A DNA stretch of 64,000 bases from the NCBI GenBank assembly GCA_963668625.2, contig CAXXKA010000004.1:192001-256000 (forward strand), in the 5' to 3' direction. The position numbers and the translations under genes are program-made. Shown here piece after piece: positions 28,589 to 38,984 of the stretch (its first letter is position 1; each line of letters opens with the position of its first letter). The stretch is from an uncultured candidate division Zixibacteria bacterium. GTDB lineage: Bacteria > Zixibacteria > MSB-5A5 > UBA10806 > 4484-95. The notes beneath the pieces were generated by a model that saw nothing but the letters and a program-made list of their open reading frames with translations, ran no database searches and had not been told where the DNA came from.

Positions 28589-28882
28589 TTATTTTTCGAC
28601 AGTTACGGTACGCGAATAGACGGTAACCATACTGGTGAAAATGTTGATCACGACATCAAGAAAAGTCTGCTCTGTCTTGATAGTGTAATCCTGAGCATCA
28701 GCAGCCATGATATTAGTGTCGACATTGTTGATCGGAACAAGGCCAAAAAGCACGTACCACTGGCGTTGCTGTTCCATCATGCCGGTTTGGGCGCCATTGC
28801 CCACCTGATGGATATGAGCCTGACAGCCCATCAGCGAAATTAACACTAACATCACGACACCAACCTTAAGCAGGTTTTTCAT
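28589..28882 (-). CDS. Bor/Iss-like small lipoprotein
   Basis: LMGC lipobox; QWY.LFGL.P, TEQTF.D, SRTV.V pattern. Confidence 0.7.
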   Translation of the reverse strand: MKNLLKVGVVMLVLISLMGCQAHIHQVGNGAQTGMMEQQRQWYVLFGLVPINNVDTNIMAADAQDYTIKTEQTFLDVVINIFTSMVTVYSRTVTVEK

Positions 28883-28897
28883 TTCTAAGCCTCCTTG

Positions 28898-29518
28898 TTA
28901 ATTAGTTGAAACGGTTCCTATGGATGATTCTATTTTCTTTATCAGAGCCGGGTAGTTTTCTTTAGAGGCGAAATACTGCAGTTCCAGCGCGGGTGACTTT
29001 TCAGACATGCACAGCAACTGGAATCGTATATATTGATCGCCGGTCACCAGGTAATTATTCACCAGAATATCATTAACCACATAATTTCCGGTTTTGACAT
29101 TGTCCTTGCCATAATGTTTATAAAGCGCCTCTGTATATTTATCGATGAAAACCGAGGTATCCTCCATCAGCAAAAGGCCAGAAACCTCTGAGACGATGAG
29201 CCCGAAATTATTTGTCGAATCGACGAACATCTGGGCCATCTCTATCTCGCCGAAATCCGCTGCGGCCAATTTCTGCCTCTGTTTGAGCAAGTCCAGAAGC
29301 GAATCGGCTATGGGAATGCAGTCAATGGGCGGACAGACCGCCTTATTGGCTTTCTCCACCATGAACGCCGTCCCGATCAATGAGTCAACGACATCGAAAG
29401 ACAAACGCTCGACGCCATACAGGTTTTCTTTAGGTTTATCACATCCGGGTGATAATAGCATTACGATAACGATTACGAGGATAAAAGATACGAGCCTGAG
29501 ATTCAGATTAATCAACAA
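28898..29518 (-). CDS. Hypothetical lipoprotein
   Basis: SPGC lipobox-like signal; GGAG RBS. Confidence 0.7.
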   Translation of the reverse strand: MLINLNLRLVSFILVIVIVMLLSPGCDKPKENLYGVERLSFDVVDSLIGTAFMVEKANKAVCPPIDCIPIADSLLDLLKQRQKLAAADFGEIEMAQMFVDSTNNFGLIVSEVSGLLLMEDTSVFIDKYTEALYKHYGKDNVKTGNYVVNDILVNNYLVTGDQYIRFQLLCMSEKSPALELQYFASKENYPALIKKIESSIGTVSTN

Positions 29519-29716
29519 AATACTCCTTCGCCTTTCTAATATTAAATGCCAGTATTAATTTCCCTGATATCCGTATTTTAGGCTATTCGAACGATGAGAG
29601 TCAACAGATAATTTATGATAATTGCTCACTAGTATCCGATGTTTTACCAGTCAATTGCTTGATTCCACCAGAAATCGTTGATGAAAATTATTTTTTGATA
29701 AACTCATATGGTAAAC

Positions 29717-30030
29717 GTGTCAGGATGCAGTTCCGCTTTCACCCTGACACATCCTGGTGATGTAAAGTTTAACTGTATATTCCGTGGCTGGCAGACGTCC
29801 TGAGGTTGTCCCAAAAGACGCGTGGTTGGGGAACATCCTCGCTTGCCCGGGCGGCGCACCAACTGGTCTGCTTGCTAACAAAAGCTGGCGGGTGAGGATG
29901 TCCGCTGGCCACAGCGCCGGTGGTTTTTATCCTACCGGCTTAAGCCGGAAATGTCATCCTGAACTTGATTCAGGATCCAGGGGTTGAGGAAGGGCCGTAC
30001 CGGTTACAAAACTCCGAGGTAATGACAGAT
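29717..30030. repeat. Mixed REP cluster
   Basis: GTGTCAGG..CTGACAC, GTGGCTGGCAGACGTCCT.., TGTCATCCTGAACTTGATTCAGGATC. Confidence 0.65.
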
Positions 30031-30232
30031 ATAGGATAGTAACGCTATTGAGAGACTTAGTCGTCGCTGTGGATAATTAAATATTATGCAAATGCTTCGC
30101 CTCAAACGGACACACCGGCTAAATCGGTGTTTTTAGTACAAACAAAAACCCCGCCTTGCGACGGGGGTTAGAACTTAAAAGATGTTGTGGTTGTGGTATT
30201 TTATACACCCGAAATTTAAATCTGTTCCCGGC

Positions 30233-30686
30233 TTATTTGTCTTTCTTAGCCTCGTTCTCGGCCATAGTCATTTTTTCCGTTTTCTTGCTCATCTCGGCAG
30301 TTTTAGCTTTAGCTGCCTTGGCATTCGAGTCACACGGGGTATCGCATTTTTACCGAAGCCGGACACTCATAACCGGCGGTTTTAGCTTTCATATCGCTGG
30401 ATTTAGCCTTCATGTCGGCTGTCGTAGCCTTAGCTTTACCGGCCGGGCAACATGAGGAGCTATTGGCGGTTTGAGCCTTAGCCTGCTTGGTCGTCGAACA
30501 TTCCGCTTTATCGCCTGTTTTTTCCACATTGGCGTCATAGTTTTTAGCGGAGGCCATTACAACTTTACCATCGGCCTTGGATGCATCCACCTTTTTGGCC
30601 GTACTGTTTTCATCACCGCAGGCGTAAGCGCCCACCGAACCGAAAATAAAGATTACCGCGATAGCCAGTACTGTCAATTTCTTCAT
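30233..30686 (-). CDS. Secreted Ala/Lys/Cys-rich low-complexity protein with an apparent +1 frameshift
   Basis: Signal peptide AYA/C; removing one base from the T5 run at 30347-30351 continues CDTPCDSNAKAAKAK..KKDK* to stop 30233. Confidence 0.7.
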
Positions 30687-31409
30687 AGCTTTCTCCTTGA
30701 TGCTTACAGTGAAGTGATTATAATTTTCAATTTCATTTACATATACGAATATCAAGAGCTTTTAGTTCCCGGCTAACGTAACTTATAGCAATTATTTATA
30801 GCATTTGGCATGGTGATGTTGATGCCTGTTTAGCTGATAATCACGAGAAGTTTACAGAGTTGATATTGATTATTATCTTGGCTATGATAATTCAAACCTC
30901 GTCTGATAGAGTTTCATACTTCCAATCAATAACACGAGATGGGATTTAGCTGTGGTGTCAGGCGGACGGAATCCTTTGTTCATCCTCAACTGACACTTGA
31001 TTTCATGCAGGATATTGCCGGGAAAGGGATTCCAACGACCCATGAGACATACTTTTCCAACAATCTCCATTACGAGGTGTTGGAGTCGATGCTGTCCCGA
31101 AGATATCCCTTGAGGAAATAATCTGGTTATTTATAGGATAGCCTCAGATGAACCTCAGCCATAAGTATATGAAGACAGCCTCAATTGTAACGCCACTCAC
31201 CGCGTATATCATGGACATCTTATATCTTCTAATAAAGAATACAATGGCAGGCTTCAAACTATAAATACTTGGTTTAAAACTACTTATTATAATGATTGAT
31301 AATATCCAGTCTATGAAGTATGTATTCAAACGAATCTAATTCAATAAATCTATTGACTCGGACGGTCGTTTTTAATATTAATGGCAGGACTTAGAATTTA
31401 GGATTATTC

Positions 31410-32222
31410 ATGAAATACTCGATTATCGTAAAAAAGAAATTTGCTTATAATAATTTGATTATCGATTATGTACCCGAGTGTACCTTCAAACTACCTCTTG
31501 AAAAAAACAATAAAGCCGGCACTATCTGGCGGGAGCGTCAGAAATTCGCTACCGAGAACAATATCAGGTTTTACGATGGAGCATTATATCGTCTCAATCA
31601 TTTATATCTCGATGGTAAAAACGTCAAACTCGAGCTCGGCAATTGTTCCTACCGGGATTATGTAGTAACGCGCACCCGGAACATATCCGATAGCAACGAC
31701 CAGCCGGTTTTCGCCGACCCTCTGGCTATTTGTAGCGCCGTTATTACCTCCGATGATAAAATTCTGATCGGTAAACGGGTTGGTGTGGATGGTTCGATCG
31801 ACAAACTTCATGTGGTTGGCGGTTTCGTGGAAAGAACCATGGATGACAACAATCATAATCCATCCCCATTTCACGCAATAAGCAGAGAGATTAATGAGGA
31901 GGTTGGAGTTGATATCCCTGTAGACGATATTCTTTGCCTCGGAATAGTTTATGTGGAGACATTACCGCACCCGGAGATGTGTTTCTATGCCAGAACCGAA
32001 CGGAGTTATGAACATATCAGCAAGCTAACTCCCCGGGATTTAGAGGTGGAGAACTGGGATTATATCGAGGATAACCCCGATAGCCTGGCTGTTTTTATTG
32101 ATGATAACTACGATAACATAGCCTCACCCGGTATAGCTACGCTTCTCTTTTACGGCGAAATGCGTTATGGGCAAAAATGGTTGAACAGTATCAGAAGAAT
32201 ATATAAGAATAGGTTGATATAA
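31410..32222 (+). CDS. NUDIX-family hydrolase
   Basis: GG.VE...AISREINEEVG Nudix box; NUDT22-like N-terminus. Confidence 0.8.
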   Translation: MKYSIIVKKKFAYNNLIIDYVPECTFKLPLEKNNKAGTIWRERQKFATENNIRFYDGALYRLNHLYLDGKNVKLELGNCSYRDYVVTRTRNISDSNDQPVFADPLAICSAVITSDDKILIGKRVGVDGSIDKLHVVGGFVERTMDDNNHNPSPFHAISREINEEVGVDIPVDDILCLGIVYVETLPHPEMCFYARTERSYEHISKLTPRDLEVENWDYIEDNPDSLAVFIDDNYDNIASPGIATLLFYGEMRYGQKWLNSIRRIYKNRLI

Positions 32223-32233
32223 AATACTCGAGC

Positions 32234-32716
32234 ATGAAACAACCGGAAATCACCATTAGAAGATTCGCGGTTGATGATTATGATGAAGTCAAACGATTAA
32301 ACGACCTGGTGTTTGCTCCTCTTGGTATACATGGCTATAGTGCGGATCGTTTTAAAGATTTAGATGATATTTATACTAACTATTACGATAATAACGGCGA
32401 ATTCCTGCTTGTAGTATCAAACAGTAAACTGATTGGTATGGGCGGTCTTTACCGTTATGATATTAATACCTGCAAGCTAAAGCGGATGAGAATTCACCCG
32501 GATTATCAGCGAAGTGGTCTCGGAAAGCGAATCCTGATCCGACTCGAACAATTTGCTCGAGAGACTAACTATATCAGGATAGTATTACGAACCTCGCCTA
32601 AATTAGAAAGCGCCTGTCTTTTCTACGAAAAAAACGGTTACAGCCGTATTGCAAACCCTGATGGTGATAATTTATCCTGGTACGAGAAGATACTCGAGCC
32701 ATACCAGAGCGCTTAA
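32234..32716 (+). CDS. GNAT acetyltransferase
   Basis: HPDYQRSGLG acetyl-CoA motif; FYEKNGY. Confidence 0.9.
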   Translation: MKQPEITIRRFAVDDYDEVKRLNDLVFAPLGIHGYSADRFKDLDDIYTNYYDNNGEFLLVVSNSKLIGMGGLYRYDINTCKLKRMRIHPDYQRSGLGKRILIRLEQFARETNYIRIVLRTSPKLESACLFYEKNGYSRIANPDGDNLSWYEKILEPYQSA

Positions 32717-32775
32717 CTCAGAGCTATGGCTTCTGAGGATTTTCCTGAAGTAAAGAACTGATAAACTGAAGTTAC

Positions 32776-32905
32776 GCGGAGCCGGAGGCAACACAGTCCC
32801 GGGGGCTCCCTTATCTGTCTGTTTACGGGACACCCTCGGGAAGTCAGCCTTCCACGAGGACTATACCTTACAAACGGGCTACATGCCTTCTCGCCTCGCT
32901 TTTTG
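32776..32905 (+). ncRNA. Candidate structured RNA (rod-like)
   Basis: GC-rich island whose ends pair (GGAGGCA/TGCCTTC, CCCG/CGGG) with inner hairpin CCTCGGGAAG/CTTCCACGAGG and a T-tail. Confidence 0.4.
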
Positions 32906-33176
32906 TTGAGAGCCACAGTTCATTAACCTACCCCTGGCCAAAGAAGAAATAATTACTTAAATATACTGATTTATCAATCAGATTCATCGTGATATCGATT
33001 TCCAGCTCAAGTTAAGCCAATCGTAGTCATCATGAACCGGAGTACTCCACGATTATAAAAAATCGACTAAACATAATAATAAGTGTTGACATTTATATAA
33101 TTATATTTTATCAAAGTAACGTTATTATTATGCAATTAATAATTTCAGGATATTTAACCAAAAAGAGAAGGGAAAC

Positions 33177-33596
33177 ATGATGCTGTCAGTTAGTGAGGAT
33201 ATCGCTGTTAAAGCGATGGTAAGCATAGCTGCCGCAGATGGAAAGCACCAGTGTAGCATAAACAAGATCTCGGATAGGGAGAAATTGTCGCGCGAATACC
33301 TGGCTAAAATCCTGAAGCGGTTAGTGCAGAAAGGACTGCTCATTTCAAGCCTTGGTTTGCATGGCGGTTATAAACTGGCAAAGCCGGCTTCTGAAATTTC
33401 CATCCTGGATGTCATCGAGGCAATAGATGGCAGCTACGGGTACATCGTCGATTACAGCTCGGATGAAATAGCTGATGCCAAGGGCGGCGCGGCTTATGAT
33501 TTCTGGAAAGACGTACATAAGATGACCAGGGATATGATGGCCAACCAGACCCTGGACAAATTCGATTTCGTCAAGTATTATCCTGATTTTCAATAG
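33177..33596 (+). CDS. Rrf2-family transcriptional regulator
   Basis: YLAKILKRL...GL..S..G..GGYKLAKP..EISILDVIEAIDG; no Fe-S Cys triad. Confidence 0.9.
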   Translation: MMLSVSEDIAVKAMVSIAAADGKHQCSINKISDREKLSREYLAKILKRLVQKGLLISSLGLHGGYKLAKPASEISILDVIEAIDGSYGYIVDYSSDEIADAKGGAAYDFWKDVHKMTRDMMANQTLDKFDFVKYYPDFQ

Positions 33597-33768
33597 ATAA
33601 TATTTAAATAGATTTGAAAGAGCGGGAGGTGAATAGCTTCCCGTTTTTTAATGTTACAAGTGGCGCAGAAGCTGCAGTTCCTGAGGCCTCTGGTGGCACA
33701 ATGGCTAAATAGTAGCGCGTGAGACGCAGTCGGGTCAGGCGACCTAACTACACGGGGATAAAGATGTA

Positions 33769-34530
33769 TTACCCTTTGCTTTCGATCGGCGCCTTATCTG
33801 CTCTTTCGAGATTTAGCGATACAGTATTGCCCTCCGATTCTCCTAACATCTGGATGATACGCAGATACAATAGATTCGGGTTGCTCTCGGCCATCTTGGC
33901 GGCGTTGGCCAGGCTACGCATAGCTGCAGTCTCGCCACGGGCTCTCTCTAAGGCGGCGTTGGCCTCCTTGCGGGCTTTTACCGATTGAGCGAACATCTTC
34001 TTGAAATCACCCGGTATAACAATATCCTTTATATCAGCCGATATCAGCTTGATCCCGAACTGCGAAACCTCCTCAGCGATCTGGGCGGTGAGTTTCTCGC
34101 CAAACAAGCTGCGCTCGGTCAGGATGTTGTCTATCTCGGTGGTGGAGATTACGCCTCTCAATGCAATTTGAATGCTCGAATATAATTCATCCTCATACGA
34201 TTGGGTGTTGTGCAAAGCCATGACCGGATCATTAATTTGATATTTTACGACCATGCTGACTTTCACGCCAATACCATCGGAGCTGGGTAACTCCTGCGGT
34301 TTAACATTCAGCACTCTTCTACGGATATCCATTTTCTTGAAAGTCTTATTTTTCCCTATTATCTTATGCTTTCCCGGTCCCAGTGTTTTTATATGTTCTC
34401 CGTTTTTATAAACGATGCCTTTCTCATATTCAAATAACACAACTGTCTTGAAATAGATTTTATATATACCATAACCAAATATAAACATAATCACTATCAT
34501 CAGGAAATTTAAAAAGCCATCATGAAACAT
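33769..34530 (-). CDS. SPFH/band-7 (slipin-like) protein
   Basis: TM, LFEYEKG, LGPG, GETAAMRSLANAAK..ESNP.LL.LR; start ATG 34530 with GGAG RBS. Confidence 0.88.
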   Translation of the reverse strand: MFHDGFLNFLMIVIMFIFGYGIYKIYFKTVVLFEYEKGIVYKNGEHIKTLGPGKHKIIGKNKTFKKMDIRRRVLNVKPQELPSSDGIGVKVSMVVKYQINDPVMALHNTQSYEDELYSSIQIALRGVISTTEIDNILTERSLFGEKLTAQIAEEVSQFGIKLISADIKDIVIPGDFKKMFAQSVKARKEANAALERARGETAAMRSLANAAKMAESNPNLLYLRIIQMLGESEGNTVSLNLERADKAPIESKG

Positions 34531-34624
34531 ATTATTCTCCTTTTTAATTTCTCCAATTCCGGGGAATATCAAATCTCCGCGGAGGTCTTAACCTGCATGG
34601 CATCGACTCAATCTATTATCCCCC

Positions 34625-34740
34625 GGAGTTGGAATTTGGCAACGGGAATTGAACCCGGTCTTTATAGGACCCACCTGAGGAAGAAGACTACACGCAGGAC
34701 ATTCCCGGTTGACTACCGGGATAGCTGCTGATTCTTCCAT
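34625..34740 (-). ncRNA. tRNA-like structured element upstream of the SPFH gene
   Basis: CGGG-TTCAATT-CCCG T-arm, GGTC-CTATAAA-GACC anticodon-like arm, upstream long hairpin. Confidence 0.4.
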
Positions 34741-34856
34741 GTAACCATTTAATATTTCGGCACTATTATGAATAATATTATATAATGTAAGTATCAATGA
34801 AAATTGCCGCAGATATTGCCTTATACTCGGATTTCTCCGGCAGGAGTCTCAACCCG

Positions 34857-35564
34857 TTAATTGCCCGTGTAATTAATACGCTCGAAAAACGAATCGCGAT
34901 AGCTGTCGCCTATCGGGATTTTCTGATTATTAATTATTATGAAATATTTCTCTATAACCTCAATCTTACCGAGAGCGACGACGTATGATCTGTGTATCCT
35001 GATAAAATCATCTGTTGGCAGGTTCTCCAGAAGCTCACTCATACTCAAACGAGATAAATACTTCCTGGAACTCGTAACGAAATCAATATAGTGACCATCT
35101 TTTTTCATATACAACAGTTCATTTATATCAACCTGATGGTATTTCGTACCGCTTTTGATGAAAATATGTGATGATTTATTCGAGTCATTGTTAATCGAAT
35201 TGACTGATTCGATTCTCTGCTTTGCTTTGGCCACGGCATTAGAAAATCTGTCGAAAGGAATAGGCTTAAGCAGATAATCAACCGCGTCATATTCATAACT
35301 TTCAACCGCGTATCTCGAATACGCCGTACAGAAGATAGTCAATATTCCTCTGGTTCTCATCAACTCCGAAACCTGTAAACCATCCAGGCCGGGCATATCA
35401 ATATCGAGAAACATGAGATCGATATCATTTTTCGTCAGATACTTTATCGCCTCTATAGGATCAAGGTAACTTCCTGCCAGCTTCAACTCGGATGATCTCT
35501 GAATGTAATCGGTTAAAATATCAATAGCCCCGATCTCATCATCTATAACGATACAACTAATCAT
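34857..35564 (-). CDS. LytTR-family response regulator
   Basis: IDDE, FLDIDMP, TAY, DYLLKP, FIRIHRSY. Confidence 0.95.
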   Translation of the reverse strand: MISCIVIDDEIGAIDILTDYIQRSSELKLAGSYLDPIEAIKYLTKNDIDLMFLDIDMPGLDGLQVSELMRTRGILTIFCTAYSRYAVESYEYDAVDYLLKPIPFDRFSNAVAKAKQRIESVNSINNDSNKSSHIFIKSGTKYHQVDINELLYMKKDGHYIDFVTSSRKYLSRLSMSELLENLPTDDFIRIHRSYVVALGKIEVIEKYFIIINNQKIPIGDSYRDSFFERINYTGN

Positions 35565-35567
35565 AAT

Positions 35568-36659
35568 TTATTCTTTCAGGTTCAAAATTAATTCCACCGA
35601 AAATCTATCCTCCGTTTCATCAATAACTAAATCATGACATTTGGGAAATATCAACTCCAATCGTTTTCGGGGGTTCGATAAACCGATACCCGAATGTTTC
35701 GAAAAAGCCCTTTGTGATTTATGCTTGGAGTTTTGTATCTTAAATACGAGATTGCCATTTTGCCGATTAATTTCTATATGAATAAAACTTTTAATATTAG
35801 GCCGAAGACCATGTTTTACGGCATTTTCAATAAACGGCACGAATAACAACGGCGCAATCTGTACATCACTGAAATCTCCGTTTCTGATAAATCGCAAATC
35901 GATATAATCATTCTGAGGAAATTTCAGACTCGCCAGTTCAAGGTAATTTTCAATATGCTCCAGCTCCCTTTCCAGTTCGATTTTCTGCGTGTTGCTGTCA
36001 TATATCATGTATCTCATAATTGATGAGAGCTTTAAAATCGCCTGGCCGGTTTCCTCATCCCTGTTTCTGATAGAGATAGCATAGATATTATTTAATGAGT
36101 TGAAGAAAAAATGCGGATTAATTTGCGACCTGAGGAAGTTTATATCCGCTGTCATCTTCTCGTTAATTAATTTCTGCTGGTTTCTTGTCTTTTTAATCCA
36201 ATCACGGCAGATACCATAAATAATGCCTGAAATACATGCTCCAACGAAAACCGGCAGCTCATATAAGCTGATCTTATGCTGGTTTGGATAAGCAAGCATT
36301 TTATCCGAAACTATATCGGGGACCGTCGGTAAATTGAATAATCTCAGCACCTGATAATCCAGTCCTCTTTTAATGACTAATACGGAAGTAATGGACAACA
36401 ATATCAGCAAGATAAAATGCATATACTTCCTGTTTACGAGAAACTCAGGAACGAGATAGAATGCCGAGAACAGATACAAAACCAGAGCTAAACAGCAATA
36501 TATAAGGCCGGCTATATAAATACTGTTATCGATGCTGTTATATTCGCCCATAAAAACCGGCAAATCGGGATTATACAGGATACTTGCGGTTAAGCCCAGA
36601 AAAATTACAGCTATAATTGATATCTCAATTACTGATCCTTTAAATACTCTACTCATCAC
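35568..36659 (-). CDS. LytS/YehU-type sensor histidine kinase
   Basis: 4 TM segments; QINPHFFFNSLNNI, IENAVKHG, GIGL.N. Confidence 0.93.
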   Translation of the reverse strand: MMSRVFKGSVIEISIIAVIFLGLTASILYNPDLPVFMGEYNSIDNSIYIAGLIYCCLALVLYLFSAFYLVPEFLVNRKYMHFILLILLSITSVLVIKRGLDYQVLRLFNLPTVPDIVSDKMLAYPNQHKISLYELPVFVGACISGIIYGICRDWIKKTRNQQKLINEKMTADINFLRSQINPHFFFNSLNNIYAISIRNRDEETGQAILKLSSIMRYMIYDSNTQKIELERELEHIENYLELASLKFPQNDYIDLRFIRNGDFSDVQIAPLLFVPFIENAVKHGLRPNIKSFIHIEINRQNGNLVFKIQNSKHKSQRAFSKHSGIGLSNPRKRLELIFPKCHDLVIDETEDRFSVELILNLKE

Positions 36660-36890
36660 TTAAACTATACGAAAAATTCATGCTTTTGATACCTGAATGA
36701 CCTGAAATACGCTATTTTTGTCATAAACAGCTCAAATTTTCAAAAATCCGAGTTTCCTACAAATCAGGATAACCCTGTATAGCCGATTCATGCCAAACAT
36801 CCGGTGGTTCGTGCAATCCGTGTTGATCAAATGCGATTTTTTCGTAACATAAAGCGAAACAAAAAGACAATTAAAAGAAAGAAATACGTC

Positions 36891-37565
36891 ATGATCAACC
36901 TAAGAAAAACCCAATCCGGAATTATAGCGATCCTGCTGTCTATCCTTTTTCTCAACTCCGCTATAGCTCAATCGGCGGAGGCGGATTCAACCGAGATCGG
37001 TAAAGTAACAATTAACCGCTCCGGCTTTTTATCCAAGGATACGACCATCATTCTCTATCGCAAATACGATCACAAGATACTCCAGGTCGTAGAAAACGGT
37101 AAGGAAGTTGCCGAAGACAAGCTGTACAAGTATGAGAATGAGTTAGAAAATGCCCTGGATAATGATGTTCTGGTGCAAAAGCTTCCAGAAATTGATGAAC
37201 TTGAGAAACGGTTGGATTCACCTGATTTCCCCGATTCCGCGAAATTAGCCGAAATCAAAAGAATCCTTGAAAATATGGATGATATGAAATCGGAGATAGG
37301 CTCGATTAAAGTAAATATGCTCAAAATTCGTAGGGAGATTTTAATAGCCAGAGTCCTCAGGAATGAAATAAGAAACCTCCTTGAAAGCAATAATTTTAAT
37401 CCCGGGGATAATGTGAAAACATTGGAGTTAAGCCGAGGCAAATGCAAAATTGATGGCGTTGAACTAGGGTACGATTTAGCCTGGGAGGTCAGGAAGATAG
37501 TCAATAAATATCGGTTTAAGAAACTTGGCGAGGATGAGTCTATTCAATACGAATTTGATGATTAA
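36891..37565 (+). CDS. Secreted hypothetical protein (possible target of the LytTR system)
   Basis: Signal peptide AIA/Q; divergent from the two-component genes. Confidence 0.7.
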   Translation: MINLRKTQSGIIAILLSILFLNSAIAQSAEADSTEIGKVTINRSGFLSKDTTIILYRKYDHKILQVVENGKEVAEDKLYKYENELENALDNDVLVQKLPEIDELEKRLDSPDFPDSAKLAEIKRILENMDDMKSEIGSIKVNMLKIRREILIARVLRNEIRNLLESNNFNPGDNVKTLELSRGKCKIDGVELGYDLAWEVRKIVNKYRFKKLGEDESIQYEFDD

Positions 37566-38734
37566 AACCTGTACGAAACACGTATATACCCCTTGATGAT
37601 ATCATCCTCATCAATGATGCGTAACTCGGAATCCAAATCCTGTTCACCGTTTTCATCCTCCTCGGCACGACCGTTCGTCCAGCTCCGTCTCTCCCACTCC
37701 AATCCGAAAGTCGTGCTGATCTGACCGTTCTCATTATTGTAATAATTATACCAGCATCCGGCAAACAATGAGATGAAACCTATATCGTTATCGGTCAGGT
37801 CGTCCTCGTAATCGCAGCAGGCGTTTTTTATCCAGCGTTTGGATGACCCGGACATTCGCGCCGCCAGATCGAGATTCAAGCCCTCCTTGCCTCTTTCGAT
37901 CGTGCTAAAACCAATGATATACCCCTCGGCGTAATACTTGGTGGCAAACAGATAATAATCGTTGTTGATATTGCGCAGGTGAAAATAATCCGATGGCCGT
38001 TCCCATTCCGAGTGAAAATAGCCTACTCTTACCGCGTGACGTTTGAATTCTTTCATACTGCCAAGAGAGAACGTGAACTCGTAATCATCGAATATGGTCT
38101 TAAACGATATCTCCTCCCCCGCGTTCACGAATTCGAGGTTATCGGTATCGAAATTGAAATCGATATCATACGGTACGTAGTACAAATCACGCAGCGCGGC
38201 AGCATCACCGAAAAACGCCTCCCGGGTGTACTTGAACCGTAATGACAAAAGCGGTTTGATAAAATAACGTTTCAGCCGCGTATTGTCCCCGCAGAAATAA
38301 TCTGCGAATGGCTCCATCGAGATATCGGCTGTATATTTTTCCAATCCATGCTGATAGCTGGTATTGGTCTCGAACAGCTCTTTCTGGCGATCTGTCGGGA
38401 TAATCGGTCCCTCGTAGGAAAACGATGCCAAATCGATATTAGCCAATACCGTTCCTACCTCGACATTCCCCTGATGCAGCCCCTCGGTTTCGAATGCCAA
38501 TAAGGCCATCTCGCGTTTATGAATTTGCCAGCTCGAGAACTGATAGCCGCCTTTGGCGTAAACATAGAACGATTCCGAGAACTTCCTTTTAAGCTCTTCT
38601 TTTATTTCTTCCTTATCGATCTCTATAGCATGCAACTTGGTGATTCTTAACCCCGGCAATGAGACCGGCATTATCACGAACGCGACAAGACAGATAACTA
38701 ACACCAGTTTGGTAATTGAACGTGTCGTAATCAT
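37562..38734 (-). CDS. Hypothetical outer-membrane protein
   Basis: Signal peptide; C-terminal YIRVSYRF beta-signal. Confidence 0.7.
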   Translation of the reverse strand: MITTRSITKLVLVICLVAFVIMPVSLPGLRITKLHAIEIDKEEIKEELKRKFSESFYVYAKGGYQFSSWQIHKREMALLAFETEGLHQGNVEVGTVLANIDLASFSYEGPIIPTDRQKELFETNTSYQHGLEKYTADISMEPFADYFCGDNTRLKRYFIKPLLSLRFKYTREAFFGDAAALRDLYYVPYDIDFNFDTDNLEFVNAGEEISFKTIFDDYEFTFSLGSMKEFKRHAVRVGYFHSEWERPSDYFHLRNINNDYYLFATKYYAEGYIIGFSTIERGKEGLNLDLAARMSGSSKRWIKNACCDYEDDLTDNDIGFISLFAGCWYNYYNNENGQISTTFGLEWERRSWTNGRAEEDENGEQDLDSELRIIDEDDIIKGYIRVSYRF

Positions 38735-38843
38735 TTAAAAAACTGAGTTCGAAAGTTTATCCCTGTACTTAGAGATAATATAAGAATTCGAATTAAGAGA
38801 ACAAAGGACAATTTAATAATTATCGAGCGAAACTATGAAATAA

Positions 38844-38915
38844 GTAGCTCAGGAGCTGTAGCTCCTGAGGAGCCGAAGGCGATAGGAACAGTCCACCGAT
38901 CTCTCGCACACCCGG
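38844..38915 (+). repeat. Partial GTAG composite repeat
   Basis: GTAGCTCAGGAGCTGTAGCTCCTGAGGAGCCGAAGGCGATAGG. Confidence 0.8.
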
Positions 38916-38984
38916 CAACAAAATCAATAAGAATACGTATTGCTTTAATTATGGGCATCATCAATGAAAAAAAAGAGGATTGAT

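Noticed and set aside
31144-31329. Short hydrophobic AT-rich ORF
   Set aside because: TTG start without RBS; at most a gene remnant
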